In this document: positions 30,131 through 42,122 of the stretch, piece after piece
How positions within the stretch are numbered: position 1 is the stretch's first letter
Layout of the letters: the number at the start of each line of letters is the position of its first letter
Assembly: GCA_964016885.1 (NCBI GenBank)
Contig: OZ024744.1
Span: 59,272,001 to 59,336,000, forward strand
Reading direction: 5' to 3'
Length of the DNA stretch: 64,000 bases
Origin: Eledone cirrhosa
Taxonomy: Eukaryota
The notes under the pieces: model-generated
What the model saw: only the letters and a program-made list of their open reading frames with translations
Told to the model about the DNA's origin: nothing
Databases searched by the model: none
Program-made: the position numbers and the translations under genes

Positions 30131-30375
30131 TTACTTGATAAAAAATACTATAAATTTTAATTTAAACAATCTGTTTTTTAGATATTTTCTGCTGAATCAT
30201 TGTAGGATATTTTCTGCTGAATCATTGTAGGATATTAAGAATTAATTCAACCATCCATGCACTTATTCATATTAATTTTGCTTTTATATTATTTATTTAT
30301 TTATTTATTTATTTTTTATAATTGTTTTAGGAATTCCAATATAATTAAGGTTAGAATTAAAGGAGTATTACTTAC

Positions 30376-30464
30376 CCAAGATAAGCATTCATACTATGAA
30401 TTGTCTTTGGAAATTTCATTCCTGAAAACATTTCTTCAATGTTTGACTGTGAAAGTTCTTTCAG
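30376..30464 (-). CDS. Exon of AtuA/DUF1446-like gene (LKELSQSNIEEMFSGMKFPKTIHSMNAYL+GG)
   Basis: Acceptor ggtttcAG and donor GTaagt; 89 nt. The S-x-NAYLG motif is typical of AtuA. The phase-2 end GG plus T of the next exon gives Gly. Confidence 0.92.
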
Positions 30465-31298
30465 CTGAAACCAAAACATTAAAAACAAATGATAGTAACA
30501 CAGTATTAAAACAGAATTATTGAAAACATTGCTTGCTTTTGTCACCATTATCATTATAATTCATTGATGTTAACTTTTTCAGGTGTGGCTAAATTTAGGC
30601 CCAAATTTCTGGATGATCTTCAAGTGTAACTGAAGGAAACATTTTTCATGTTGGTCTTTATTTTATTGAACAGTTTGGTTGGAAGCCTTCCTTATACCAA
30701 CCTATGATGACAAGGTCAGAAGTCTATCTACCCTGTTACTACCAATCCCAGATTAAATCCTTTTGAAACTCTAAGGCACTTAAAAGATTATGGTGCTACT
30801 CAGATATGAAGTCTGCAAAAAAGTTTTTTTAATGACAAATACATTTGATTTAAATCAAATGGTACCCCCTCTTCTCTTGATGCCCTAAGCATGTGCTTAT
30901 TTTGCTTAATGGTTAATCCAGCCCTAGTACCAAGCTATAGCAGCAAAGTCTACCCAAAACCAAGAGATGACAGCAAGGTTGAAATTCATCCTCATACCAA
31001 GCTTTAACAGCAAGGTTAAATCTACCAAACTGTGATACAAACAGAAGCCTTCCCTGTACAAAGGTATGACAAGATCAACCTGGCTATCACCTCTGGACTG
31101 GTATTTTACTTATTGACATTCAAATATATAAAGAGCAAAGCTGACTTTGGTGGGATTTGTTCTTAAAGCACAATGAGTTGGAATAAATACCACAAAGCAT
31201 TCTTTTTCAATGCCCTAATAATCCAGGCAATTTGTACAAAAAAATGACAACAAAGAAACAAAATGACTCTTGTAGCTTCAAATTAAAAAATTAATTAC

Positions 31299-31429
31299 CT
31301 TTGGCATTAAGTCATCTCCAGTGACAACTGCAATGTTCAAGTCAACTCCAGCCTCCTTGGACAATTTCTTCAAAACCTCTGCACAGGATAATGGGTTCAC
31401 TCCACCAGCATTACTAACCACACGGATTT
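31299..31429 (-). CDS. Exon of AtuA/DUF1446-like gene ([44 protein letters not shown])
   Basis: Acceptor tttatcaAG and donor GTaatt; 131 nt. It carries the hallmark AtuA motifs NAGGVNP and AVVTGDDL, and its phase fits both neighbours. Confidence 0.93.
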
Positions 31430-31703
31430 CTTGATAAAGAATTCAAAACAATTTATTATTGTTACGTAATGTAACCCCCCCGCAATGACAACATAACCAG
31501 TGTTTTAAGTCCATCATCCTTGTTAAAGTAGGATTAGCCAAAGCCTCATGACAAGTTTCATATCCATCATGGGGTCCTTTTCAAAGTAATGTTTTATAGC
31601 CAGATGCCCTTTCTGGTGCCAACCCTTTTAGTCACCTATTATGACATGCAGAGGTATGGTCTACCTATTCTAAATCTGATACACAATCATTATGTACAAT
31701 ATA

Positions 31704-31892
31704 AAGGGCGATGGATTGGCAGTATCGGTAGAGGGTCGGACGCCATGCTTTCCAGCATAGTTACGTCCCTTTATGATCTGAGTTCAAATCCCGCCGAGGT
31801 TGACTTTGCCTTTCATCCTTACGGGGTCGATAAAATAAAGTACCAGTAATGCACTGGGTAATTGCTGGCCTTGGGCCTAAAGTAGAAACAAT
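31704..31892 (+). mobile_element. tRNA-SINE, same family
   Basis: A box TTGGCAGTATCGGTAGAG, B box GAGTTCAAATCC, core and tail well preserved. Confidence 0.88.
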
Positions 31893-33404
31893 TATGTACA
31901 ATATAAATACACATCATGTACAATATAAATTAATACAATATAAATTAATAAATAAGAGGAATAAGGAAATAAATTATTGAAATGATGTAGCTATTGCTGT
32001 TGGTATTGTTTAGCTGCTTCCCCCTCAATCAATCCTAATTGAGCAGCCGTATGATCAAAAAGCATTCCAGCTATGACAACCCTATATTTTTAAGGGTGTG
32101 CCATTATTGGATCATTGCTGGATTCCAAGAATGAATGTTCCACTGTTCAATCAATGAAAAAGCCTACTTGTTAAATTAATGTGTAGTTGGCTGCATATTT
32201 TTACAGACATATGTAATCCTAACATAACTTATTAATATTTATCAGTTTTATGTCTGGTTTCCAAACTTAGAGAAATTCTGTATGATACAGTGTACGACAA
32301 AGTTGGACTTTGGAATTATAGATGTAATCCATCTAGTGGTCTTCTAAGAAAGCTTGGATCAATATGGAGTTATAGTACATGATGCTTGATCAAGATGTTA
32401 GAGTGGGGTTGAACCCAGAAGTTTATGATAATAAAGCAAACTTCTTAATTATTTGGTTTTCGGTGCATCCACAAATGTCTATGATTGCATTGTACAAATA
32501 TTCTCTCTTTAATTTAATCTTTTTTTAATAACTTTCTCATGGGGGAGGGGGTGCCCATGACCCTTTTCAGAGCTTCTGAGACTGGTGGCAGAAAAGGAGG
32601 AAGTTATCTTTAGATTAGAAACATAGCCTCAATGTTTTCAATAGAGGACCAGGTAATGGTGTTAAATCACCTGACTGATTAATGAAAATGACTGAAATTG
32701 AAGAGAGATTTGACTGTAATTTCTAACAGGTCAAGCAACCACATAAAGGCTCCCTCACTGTCTAAAGATTGTTGGAATAGAAGCCACAGGTGATCAAATA
32801 AATAAGAGAAGGATCCATAGTTCACACCTTGTCATTAGTGCTGTGCTGTGTCTAAGGCCCAATATATATTAAGTTTTCACTGGTCTAATTCTTCAGACAT
32901 ATCTGTATACTCTCTAAAGTGGTCCATGATCAAACAGACAACACAGGGTAGAGAGGACTCTTTAGTCTTTCCAAAGACATGACAACCTTTCTTGAACTCT
33001 TACCATAAGATGAACCCAAAACAGTCTGTTAAGTGGTAAGTGTTAGGAAGGATATTGAGCAGTAAAGACTAAACCAAGATTGGAACATACAAGCATGACA
33101 TGGTTCCCAACTTGTCTTGGAGAGCAGTAACTCTGAATAAGCACTGGATCAGACCAAAATAACCTGTCCAACCAATGCCAGTATGGAAAGTTAATGAGAT
33201 GATATGAAAGCAATGGGGTCAATAATGCACCAGGCAACCAAACAAAGGGCCAGTAGCTCACATCCCATCCCCAGCAATGTAATGAGTACCTGTTCAAGGC
33301 GCTTCACTGTAACAAATAGTCCAGTCTATCTTGTAAGCAGGTAAGTAAACAATGGTAACACTGTATAATTGATAAGTGTTTTTTCAGCTTACAGTACAGA
33401 GAAC

Positions 33405-33640
33405 AAATTAGGCTAGGTTACGTCAGACCAGGTCAAGCCAAACCAGACCAGAACAGGTCAAACCAAGTCATACAAGGCCAGGCCATCCTAAACCAAACCA
33501 GGTCAGTTTGGACAAAGCCAGGTCAGACCAGGTTAAATCAAAGCTGGCCAGGCTAAACCAAATTAGGTATTACCTGGCTAAGTCAAAGAAGACCAGGTCA
33601 GGTCATTGCAGACCAGGCCAAGCCAGACCAGACAAGAAAT
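33405..33640. repeat. Degenerate pentamer-based repeat (AGACC/AGGTC/AGGCC)
   Basis: 5-nt periodicity is visible. Confidence 0.6.
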
Positions 33641-33784
33641 TCTATCTGCAGCATCAACAATAATTCTATATTTATTTAATGATTTCTTTTAGACAGCATG
33701 GAGAAACAATTCTATGGTTCTCCAAGAAATACTACAGACAATGATTGTGATGATAATGCCAATATTGATGATGACAATAATAAT

Positions 33785-34830
33785 TGTTTCTACTATTGGC
33801 ACAAGGCCAGCAATTATCCCAGTGCAATACTGGTACTTTATTTTATCGACCCAGTAAGGATGAAAGGCAAAGTTAACCTCGGCGGGATTTGAACTCAGAA
33901 TGGCAAGGGCCATAATCCTATGCATCAAAGCATGGCGTCCAACCTTCTTCCGATACTGCCAATTCACTGATAATAGCAGTTTTTATTTTATGCACCCAGT
34001 CCACACTAAATGTGGTTGGCATTAGGAAGGGCATCCAGCCATAGAAACCAAGCCAGAAACAGTTCTGTATGAGCAAGACATGGTCACCTGATCGGACTTG
34101 TCTCGTAATGAGACAACTCATTTAACCCATGCTAGAATGGAAAATGGACGTTAAATAGTGATGATGATGATGCAGAAAGTTAGTAATTTGGGGGCAAGGT
34201 AAGTTGATTATATTGACTCTTGTATTTGTTTACTATTTATTTTATCAACCCTGAAAAGATAAATGGCAAAATTGACTTCAACAATATTGAACTCAGTACG
34301 TAATGATCCAGAATGAACACAATGTGTTATTTTGTCTGACGCTCTAATGATTCAGCCAACCCACCACCTTTATCATAATAATTGTTTCTACTTTTGGTAC
34401 AAGGCCAGCAAGTATCCCAGTGCATTACTGGTACTTTGTTTTATTGATGATGAAAGGCAATGTTAACCATGGCACGATTTGAACTCAGACCGTAAAGGGC
34501 CGTAAATCTATGCTGCAAAGCATGGCGTCCAACCTCTACCGATACTACCAAAACACCACCATTCACCTTTATAATAATAACAATAAAAATGATGATAAAT
34601 ATATTGATTTCTAACTTAGATATAAGGTCACAAATTTTGGTAGTGAATATAGTCAATTAAATAGAACTCAGTACTTGAACAATATTTTATCTTATTCCCC
34701 CCCCCCCCCCCCCCCCCCCCCATATACCTTCCTGAAGAATGAAAAGCAAAGCTGACATTGGAAAAAATTTGAACTCAAAATGTAAAATGCTGTAACTAAA
34801 TATCACAAGGCACTTGGTTTAACACTCTAA
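33785..34830 (-). mobile_element. Cluster of minus-strand copies of the same SINE family (about 33785-33966, 34180-34370, 34382-34565, 34600-34830) plus a plus-strand RTE-tail element at about 33990-34172
   Basis: GATGAAAGGCAAAG...GGATTTGAACTCAG-like motifs recur. 33990-34172 has GGAAGGGCATCCAGCC and GGACGTTAAA(TGA)n. Confidence 0.8.
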
Positions 34831-35155
34831 TGATGGTTCTTTAAACTCCCCACTCTCGATGATAATGATGACAGTTTCATTTCATTTCATTTCATTTTAC
34901 GTCCGCTTTTTCCCTGCTTGCAAGGGTGGGACGGAGTGATGATGATGACAATGGTGATGATGATGCTAAAGATGACGAGGATGATTATGATGATGATGGT
35001 GATTACAATAATGTTAAAGATGGTAATGTTGATGATAATGATGACAATGAAGATAATGATGATGATGATAACAGTGCTGTTGTTATTATTCGTGATAACG
35101 GTGATATTAAAATGATGAGGAAAAAGAGAAGAAAAAATAAATAAGTTCCACATAC

Positions 35156-35225
35156 TTTTTTCCTTGAGAGTCTTCAGATATGGTGCCAGTGAGAAATGGA
35201 TAAAATCTGGGGCATATCCCATGAC
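35156..35225 (-). CDS. Exon of AtuA/DUF1446-like gene (VMGYAPDFIHFSLAPYLKTLKEK+1 nt)
   Basis: Acceptor ttccaaAG and donor GTatgt; 70 nt. The GYAPDF motif matches the AtuA N-terminal region. The phase-1 end joins the next exon in frame (A+AA = Lys). Confidence 0.88.
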
Positions 35226-35529
35226 CTTTGGAATATAATAAATATTAATATTAAATAAATTATTAAAAAATTTTTTTTAATGTAAAATCGTGCTTTGAAA
35301 CAGATATTGTTTTTTGAGAGTCATACTGCCAATCAGAACACATGCACTGGTTGATTTCACTTTAGCTTTAATTTTAACTGGGTAATTAACCTATCAATCA
35401 GTAAATATTGCTGAAGAGGGGACACAGAAGGCAATAGTCATCAATCAGGTCACAGGCTATGATGAAAGGACTTTGACTTCTTTTTTACCAAATTATTCCT
35501 GAAAGGGTCAGGAAGGAAAAGCTCTCAAG

Positions 35530-37340
35530 CACGCCTTCCAGCAGATCCTGTTAGAAGCAACAGTCTCCTATGACCCAGCTGAATCTCCAAGTGAGACCAA
35601 CTAAGCTCACAAATGTTATCCAACCATCTTGCTTGGGGTCTACCTCTGGGTCCCCTGTCAGTTGGTTTTGCTCATAAAATCTGTCCAGCAATTCTATCCT
35701 TAGACATTCTAACCACATGTCTGTATTATCAGAGCTGTGATCTATCAATTCGGAGAAGTAACGAACAGCTCAACCTGAAGTGACTCCCTGTTCTCCATGC
35801 TATGCACTCCATCAAGTAACATTACTCTAAAGACCCTTCAGAGGAGCCCCATTTGACTGCTTGCATTTGTGATCATATTCTTTCAGTCATTACCCAAGAT
35901 TCATGATGATAGGTAAGGGTAGGCATGAATACTGAATAGAACATAGTGAGTTTGGCTTTTACACCTCCCTCCCTTCTAATGACCAAATGCTGAAGCTGGC
36001 ACATTACTGCACAAATTCCTGCAATTCTTGCACTTAATTCAGCCTCCTACCTTCCATCACTCATGAACACTGCCCCACTGCTTCTGAGGAACTCCACTCA
36101 CATGTAGAGTGCACTGTGCAAGCATCCTTGAGAAGCACTGATTTTCATTCCTGCAGTGCAGCACTCAGCAGAAAACTTATCAAGAGACTACCTTTCAACA
36201 AATAAAGTAATACTGCAAATTCCAGTTGACTCATCCAAAACCTGCCAGTCTTCCAACCTGGTTGCACATGTCAATCCTATTCATGAAGATTATGAACAGG
36301 AGAGGTGACAGTATGTACCCTTGGCAGAGTTCAACACCCACATGGAATGGTTTTGACTTAGCATCATTTATTCAAATACAAATATTAGGGCATTCATATA
36401 GAGACATTGAGGAAGCAAGAAGCGGTCCATCAATTCCATGCTCCTACAGAACCGTCCACAATAGATCCTGTGAAATGAAATCATATACCTTCTTGAGGTC
36501 TATGAAATATGAATGTGATTTTGATTTTGAGGTTTACAAAATACACCTCTTGGTGATACACCCACAATTTTAGTGTGAATATTTGGTCAGTTGTGCTGTA
36601 TGTGGAGTGAAACCAAACTTTCATAAGCTTGATTGGACTCAACAATCTCTCAACATCACTTTGCCAGACATTTAGCATAGACTTTATCAGGGAGGTTTTT
36701 ACAAGGAGGTTTTTACAAGGAGGCACATGGCTTAGTGGTTAGAGCATTGGCCTTGCAATCGAAAGGTTGTGAGTTCAATTCTCAGACCGGGTGATGTGTT
36801 GTTTCCTTGAGCAAGACACTTTATTTCACATTGCTCCAGTTTACTCAGCTGTAGAAATGAGATGATAGGGACTGGGGTCCATATCATTCCACTGCAAAGT
36901 GGTCGTGGAGGTGCCACGGCAAAAAAGCACCCAGCACTCACTGTAAATGAGGTTGGTGTTAGGAAGGGCATCCAGCTGTAAAAATCAAGCCAAAATCAGT
37001 TCCCGTCCTACCCTTGTAAGCAGGGAAAAGTGGACGTAAAATGAAATGATGATGATGAATGATGATTCCTCTGTAATTGGAGTAATCTCTTTCCAGAAAT
37101 CTAGCCCACTCAGCACACATGAATTAACCAGAGAATATCTTCTCTAACATCTCAGGTCAAATTTTATCTTCCTCAGAGGCCTTGCCACATTTGAGCCAAT
37201 TAATTGCTCTTGTGACCTCAGCCTTTGAGAGGTTAGTTAATGCTCCCAGATGCATCTCATGTACATCAGAAGATGCTATTGTGACTGGATTTCGAAGATC
37301 AGAAATATATTCTCTCCACCTCTCGAGTATGCATCTTACA
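35530..37340 (-). mobile_element. Old degraded RTE-like LINE, interrupted by a SINE at 36720-37046
   Basis: Minus-strand remnants STTDQIFTL, a DLxKxYD-like motif and a QGxxLSP-like motif, plus C-terminal GRP...W motifs. Confidence 0.7.
36720..37046 (+). mobile_element. tRNA-derived SINE with RTE-derived body and tail
   Basis: A box TGGCTTAGTGG and B box GAGTTCAATTC, a central CCTTGAGCAAGACAC motif, then an RTE 3' UTR block and GGACGTAAAATGA(ATG)n tail. Confidence 0.88.
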
Positions 37341-37589
37341 AGAAATAACTTTGATAATTAATAGATTAGTTGATTAATGGAATAATGTTGAAGACTTGAA
37401 AATATATATACATTTTTGTTTTATTCTTTAGTGAAACAGGGAAGAGACTGTTCATGAGATTTTTTTTAAGGCCTGTGTGACTGGCGAGATAGGAAGGAAA
37501 AAAATATTCTCAAATCAGAGACCTAGTCCAAATACTTGCATCAGATTAGACCCCATTAAATGAACCCAAGAACCAAGTGGTTATGTTAA

Positions 37590-37990
37590 GTCAGGTAACA
37601 GATTAAGTTTACCACCCAACAACAGAGTAGATTCTGCTAAAGACATCCAAGGTGGTGCTAAACAAATTCAGCTTACCATCCAACAATAGTAAGACATCCA
37701 AGCACCAGGTGGTGATGTCAAACTAGGTTACTGATTAAGTCTACAACTCAACAACAGAGTGTAATGATAATGATATTCAAGGATCAAGTAGTGGTGTCAA
37801 ACTAGATTACTGATTTAGTCCACAACTCAACAACAGAGTGTAATGATAATGACACTCAAGGATCAAGTGGTGGTGTCAAACTGGGTTACTGATTAAGTCA
37901 ATCATCCAATGAGTAGACTCCACTAAATACAACTAATGACTAGGTCATGGTGTTAAACCAGGCAACAGGTTATGTCTACCAGTCAAGAAT
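37590..37990. repeat. Degenerate tandem repeat of about 65-80 bp
   Basis: GGTGGTGTCAAACTAGGTTACTGATTAAGT...CAACAACAGAGT-like units occur about 5 times. Confidence 0.7.
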
Positions 37991-39952
37991 GTTAACTTTA
38001 TGTGAAACTCTCTTCCTGCTCCCATCTATTTGCTATATCAAAACAGTGTAGTATCACATACATTCTGTCATTTGCATTAACTGCATTAGACAAGTGATAC
38101 ATAACCTTTTTCAGAAGCCAACAAAGGAGCACAATATTCAATTGGCAAACTTCATTGATCACCAAATATATATTTACTTTTAATTGCATTATGAAACATA
38201 GTAAGACATAAAACTTGCTGTGACCCACCAAAGCTCTGCTTGAACTACAGGTAATGCATCTCGTCAATGTTGTGTATCACTGCTCTAGACTGTGGGCCAA
38301 ATATGACCTGGACCTTAGCCTCATTTCATTCACCCACAGACTTCATTGAATATGTGAAGTTCTATACAAAAATTCTTTGTTTTCCTTATCAATATTTGGT
38401 TCACAAGACATAAAAAACGAAATGTTTTCCAACCATTCTTGTATAATATCCCTCAATAGTGATTAACAAAAACTTTCACCATAACAACCATTAAAACATT
38501 GACCTCCGCCAAAGTTTGTGCTGTGCCTTTCACACATCTACATCTACTCGTAACTCCATTTCTAAAACTGTGATTCTTGTTATCCTGTAGCCATTTAAAA
38601 GAATCAGTTTCAACCTTTACAATGTACCTGTGTGCTTAATTTTCTGTAAACTTTTATCTTGCTGATATTATTAGAGTTATCTTCCTTGCTTATTGTTTTA
38701 GATTTTAAATGCTCCTACAGTGTAAGTATCCAACAGTCACTTAAAATAAATCTTTCTTTATTTTTACAAATATTTTGCTTGGTATTATTGGAGTTACCTC
38801 CCTTGCTTGTTATTTTAAGGTTGTCAACACCCTTCAGGGAGTTTTTATCTACTAATTGCATGGCTAATCTAAGTTAATTGGCATTTTTCAAGTCACTATA
38901 TCATATATGTAAGACCCTACTGTATGTGATGTTAAACAAATATAGGGGCCTTTACATGGTCACTGAACTTGCTAAAAATAGGAACCAAATCTCCTTCATA
39001 TCACATTCAATCATCTTTAAAGAAAGGAAGAATACATTGGATAATATGATTCTAGATACACAATATCTGAAAAAAAGATGGCATGGTCACATGTGGAATG
39101 TTTTTGATCATAGGTCTACTTGATCAAGATTGACCTTGTATTGAACAGCAACAACCTGCATGAGTACATGTGTTCTACCTGCAGGAAGCACTTGTATGAG
39201 TCATCAAAGGATCTCTTATGCTGTCACTCAAGTCAACAAGGGAGCCTTTATGGAGCTTCCATACCATCATGAGATGACCAGAGACCCTTTATGCAGTTGC
39301 TCGACATTTTAGAAATAGCAGCTAAATTTCTCTTTCAAATCACAAAAAGAAAATACTCATTGAAAAATGTAGTCCTCCATACATTATGCCTTAAAAAAAT
39401 AGGTACACCAAATACAGTAGAAAGCTCTTTAATATGATCACTTTGAAACAGATTTTTAGATAACAATAACCAGGTGATAACATTAAGCAAATAATATAGA
39501 AATATACTGAGCATGTTTGGGACTTACACATTTTGATAACAATAACTGAATAATAACACTATCTGTGATTATAATAGATGGCTTCTACTGCATTGAACTT
39601 TTTTTTATCCTTTCATGATCATATTTCTAATGCAATACACTATTTCAATTAATTAATGAAGAATTTTGAGAGAATGACTAAATTTATTAATTATTTCATT
39701 AAGTTAGTAACTTAACATATGATTGCTATATAAAATTATGTTGGAAGATTTTAATTTGAATAAGAACCCTTTAAAATGGGTTAAAGAGAAAAATATAATT
39801 TGGCTGGTCCCATCTTCCATAAATGTCTCCAACCAGTTGTCACTGTTGCTCATACACTGAATTCTTTGATCAATTGAACCATAATTGTATTGGTATTGTT
39901 TTAGAGAGAGGGGGAGAGGGAGAGAAAGGGATGATGAACAATCGGACAGACA

Positions 39953-39994
<42 letters not shown>

Positions 39995-40535
39995 TAGATG
40001 AATAGAGACAGGGTTGGTAGTGATTTAGAGAGAGGAAGGGGAGAATCTAGCATGTCAAACATTGAAATAGAACAAAATAAAGAACACACACACACACACG
40101 ACACAAACACACATAGACAAATACACATAAAGACGAATGCACAGATAGATATGCAAACAAACACACACATACAGATGTGTTCAAATAATTTTATAAATCA
40201 CACATTTAAAAAAAAAAGCCCCCTTATACTTCATTGCCAACATTATGGATGTATATATGTATGGATGTATATATGTATGTGTGTATATATGTATGTATAT
40301 ATACATATGATGATGATGATGATGATATATATATATATTTTTTTCTCGTGAGTCAGTTCTTTCGTGGCTACAGAACACGCGGCTGAATTGCCAGTCGCTA
40401 TCTTCAATTTGCAAAGCCCTTTAAACTGTATGTTATTACTCTGAGGTCTATACCTTGTTGAGTGCTTGGCTGCACTGCTGAAGGCATTCGTCAGCTTGGC
40501 TGCGGCTTGAGTTTCGAATATGCTGTACTTTCATT

Positions 40536-40569
<34 letters not shown>

Positions 40570-40573
<4 letters not shown>

Positions 40574-40982
40574 CAGAAGACCCGCCTTGCTTAAGTACAA
40601 AGCAAAACCTACAGTCAGTAGGAACCTCTAACAAAAATACATCCCCGTCCCACCACCTCCACCCCATCCACACCACCCCTTTCGATGTAAAGTTATGTTG
40701 GTACCACAACATCCACAACATCCAGGCCGAAACAAATGAGATCGTGTAGGTGTCAGGAAAAAAAACACACAGTCCACGCTGTAATGTGGCCGTGTAGGTA
40801 ACACGGTAAAAACCTCCCAGTCCACACTGTAAATGTGGTTGGTGTTAGGAAGGGCATCCAGCTGTAGAAAACCCGCCAGACAGTCCTATGCGAGCAAGAC
40901 AACCAATCTTGTCTCACGTGGGAAAATTCCCGTCCAAACCCATGTAAGCGTGGAAGATGGACGTTAAACGATGATGATGATA
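40570..40982 (+). mobile_element. RTE family B-type 3' UTR fragment
   Basis: Homologous to about 51732-52150 (AATACAGAAGACCCGCCTTGC...GGACGTTAAACGATGATG). Confidence 0.85.
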
Positions 40983-40984
40983 TA

Positions 40985-41274
40985 TATCTATATCTATCTA
41001 TCTAAGGCGGGTAAAATTCCCGAGATCCATGGACGAGTTCTCTCCAGCGGTCTCTGTCCCTCATTATCGCTGCCATATCCTGCATCTCCAACAGACCAGT
41101 GTCTGTCCTTAGGGCATCAACATATGTTAACCAAAAGTCAGCTCAAAAGTGACACAGAGAAGACTGAGGTTGGCTGGACATGCTCACCGACATCCAGAGT
41201 TGACATTGCACTCAGTGCTCCTTTGGGAGCCCCTACATGGACACACTAGAAGAGGATGACCAAGGTTAACATAT
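40985..41274. mobile_element. LINE 3' end with inverted 5' segment (family E, RTE-like)
   Basis: Plus strand 41131-41274 reads PKVSSKVTQRRLRLAGHAHRH...LWEPLHGHTRRG*PRLTY. Minus strand 41132-40985 reads RLTYVDALRTDTG...DRDRWRELVHGSREFYPP* followed by an (ATAG)n tail. Confidence 0.85.
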
Positions 41275-41298
41275 ATATATATATATATATATTCATAT

Positions 41299-41353
<55 letters not shown>

Positions 41354-41374
41354 ATATATAATATATATATATAT

Positions 41375-41409
<35 letters not shown>

Positions 41410-41433
41410 ATATATATATATATATATTCATAT

Positions 41434-41524
<91 letters not shown>

Positions 41525-41751
41525 TATATAATATATATATATATATAATATATATATTTTCTACTAGCATTTTAAAGGGTCTGTCGAGCTGCCGATTATA
41601 GAGTCAAGTAAGATCGATACAGATCGAACCTTGAGCTGATCAGTGGCGAAACGCGCGACACCTACCAGTAAATGTAAAGAAGGAGTAACCAATCACCGTT
41701 GTTATCCTTTCTATATATATAATATATATATATATATAAAATATATATAAT

Positions 41752-41783
<32 letters not shown>

Positions 41784-42062
41784 ATGTAGGAGGTGAGTTT
41801 TATTGTAGTACAATAAAGCAATGCAGATATCAGATAAGAAGCACTCTACAGTTTGTAGGACTGGAATATACATAATATATAAGATCAAAAGATGGTTATG
41901 ATATGTTGATTTAAAACTGCACTATCCACAAGTGTTTTTTAGTCTTCATATCATGTTCTCCTGTTTTATCTGATGAAAACACAAATATTATTGCATGATG
42001 ATGTTTGTTTTTGAAATGCGCACAATAAAATACATGGAACTCCTTTAACCATCTTTTGATCT

Positions 42063-42121
<59 letters not shown>

Positions 42122-42122
<1 letters not shown>

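Noticed and set aside
36722-36790. tRNA-like sequence
   Set aside because: It has A and B boxes but no full cloverleaf and continues into a SINE body.
39529-39546. Possible 18-nt micro-exon on the minus strand (tttcAG...GTaagt)
   Set aside because: The peptide does not match the expected upstream AtuA sequence (DYLxExTMS-like); these are likely chance splice signals.
40440-40520. CTGACGA and GAAAC motifs on the minus strand
   Set aside because: I could not build consistent stems I and III in any hammerhead topology.
41184-41570. Ile/Tyr-rich ORFs here and at other TA tracts
   Set aside because: They are translations of (TA)n microsatellite.
41582-41660. Hammerhead-like TGTCG-AG-CTGCCGA...GAAACGCG-CGACA
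   Set aside because: Core A6 is mutated and the UH cleavage site is missing. At best it is a dead PLE remnant, so it was not called.
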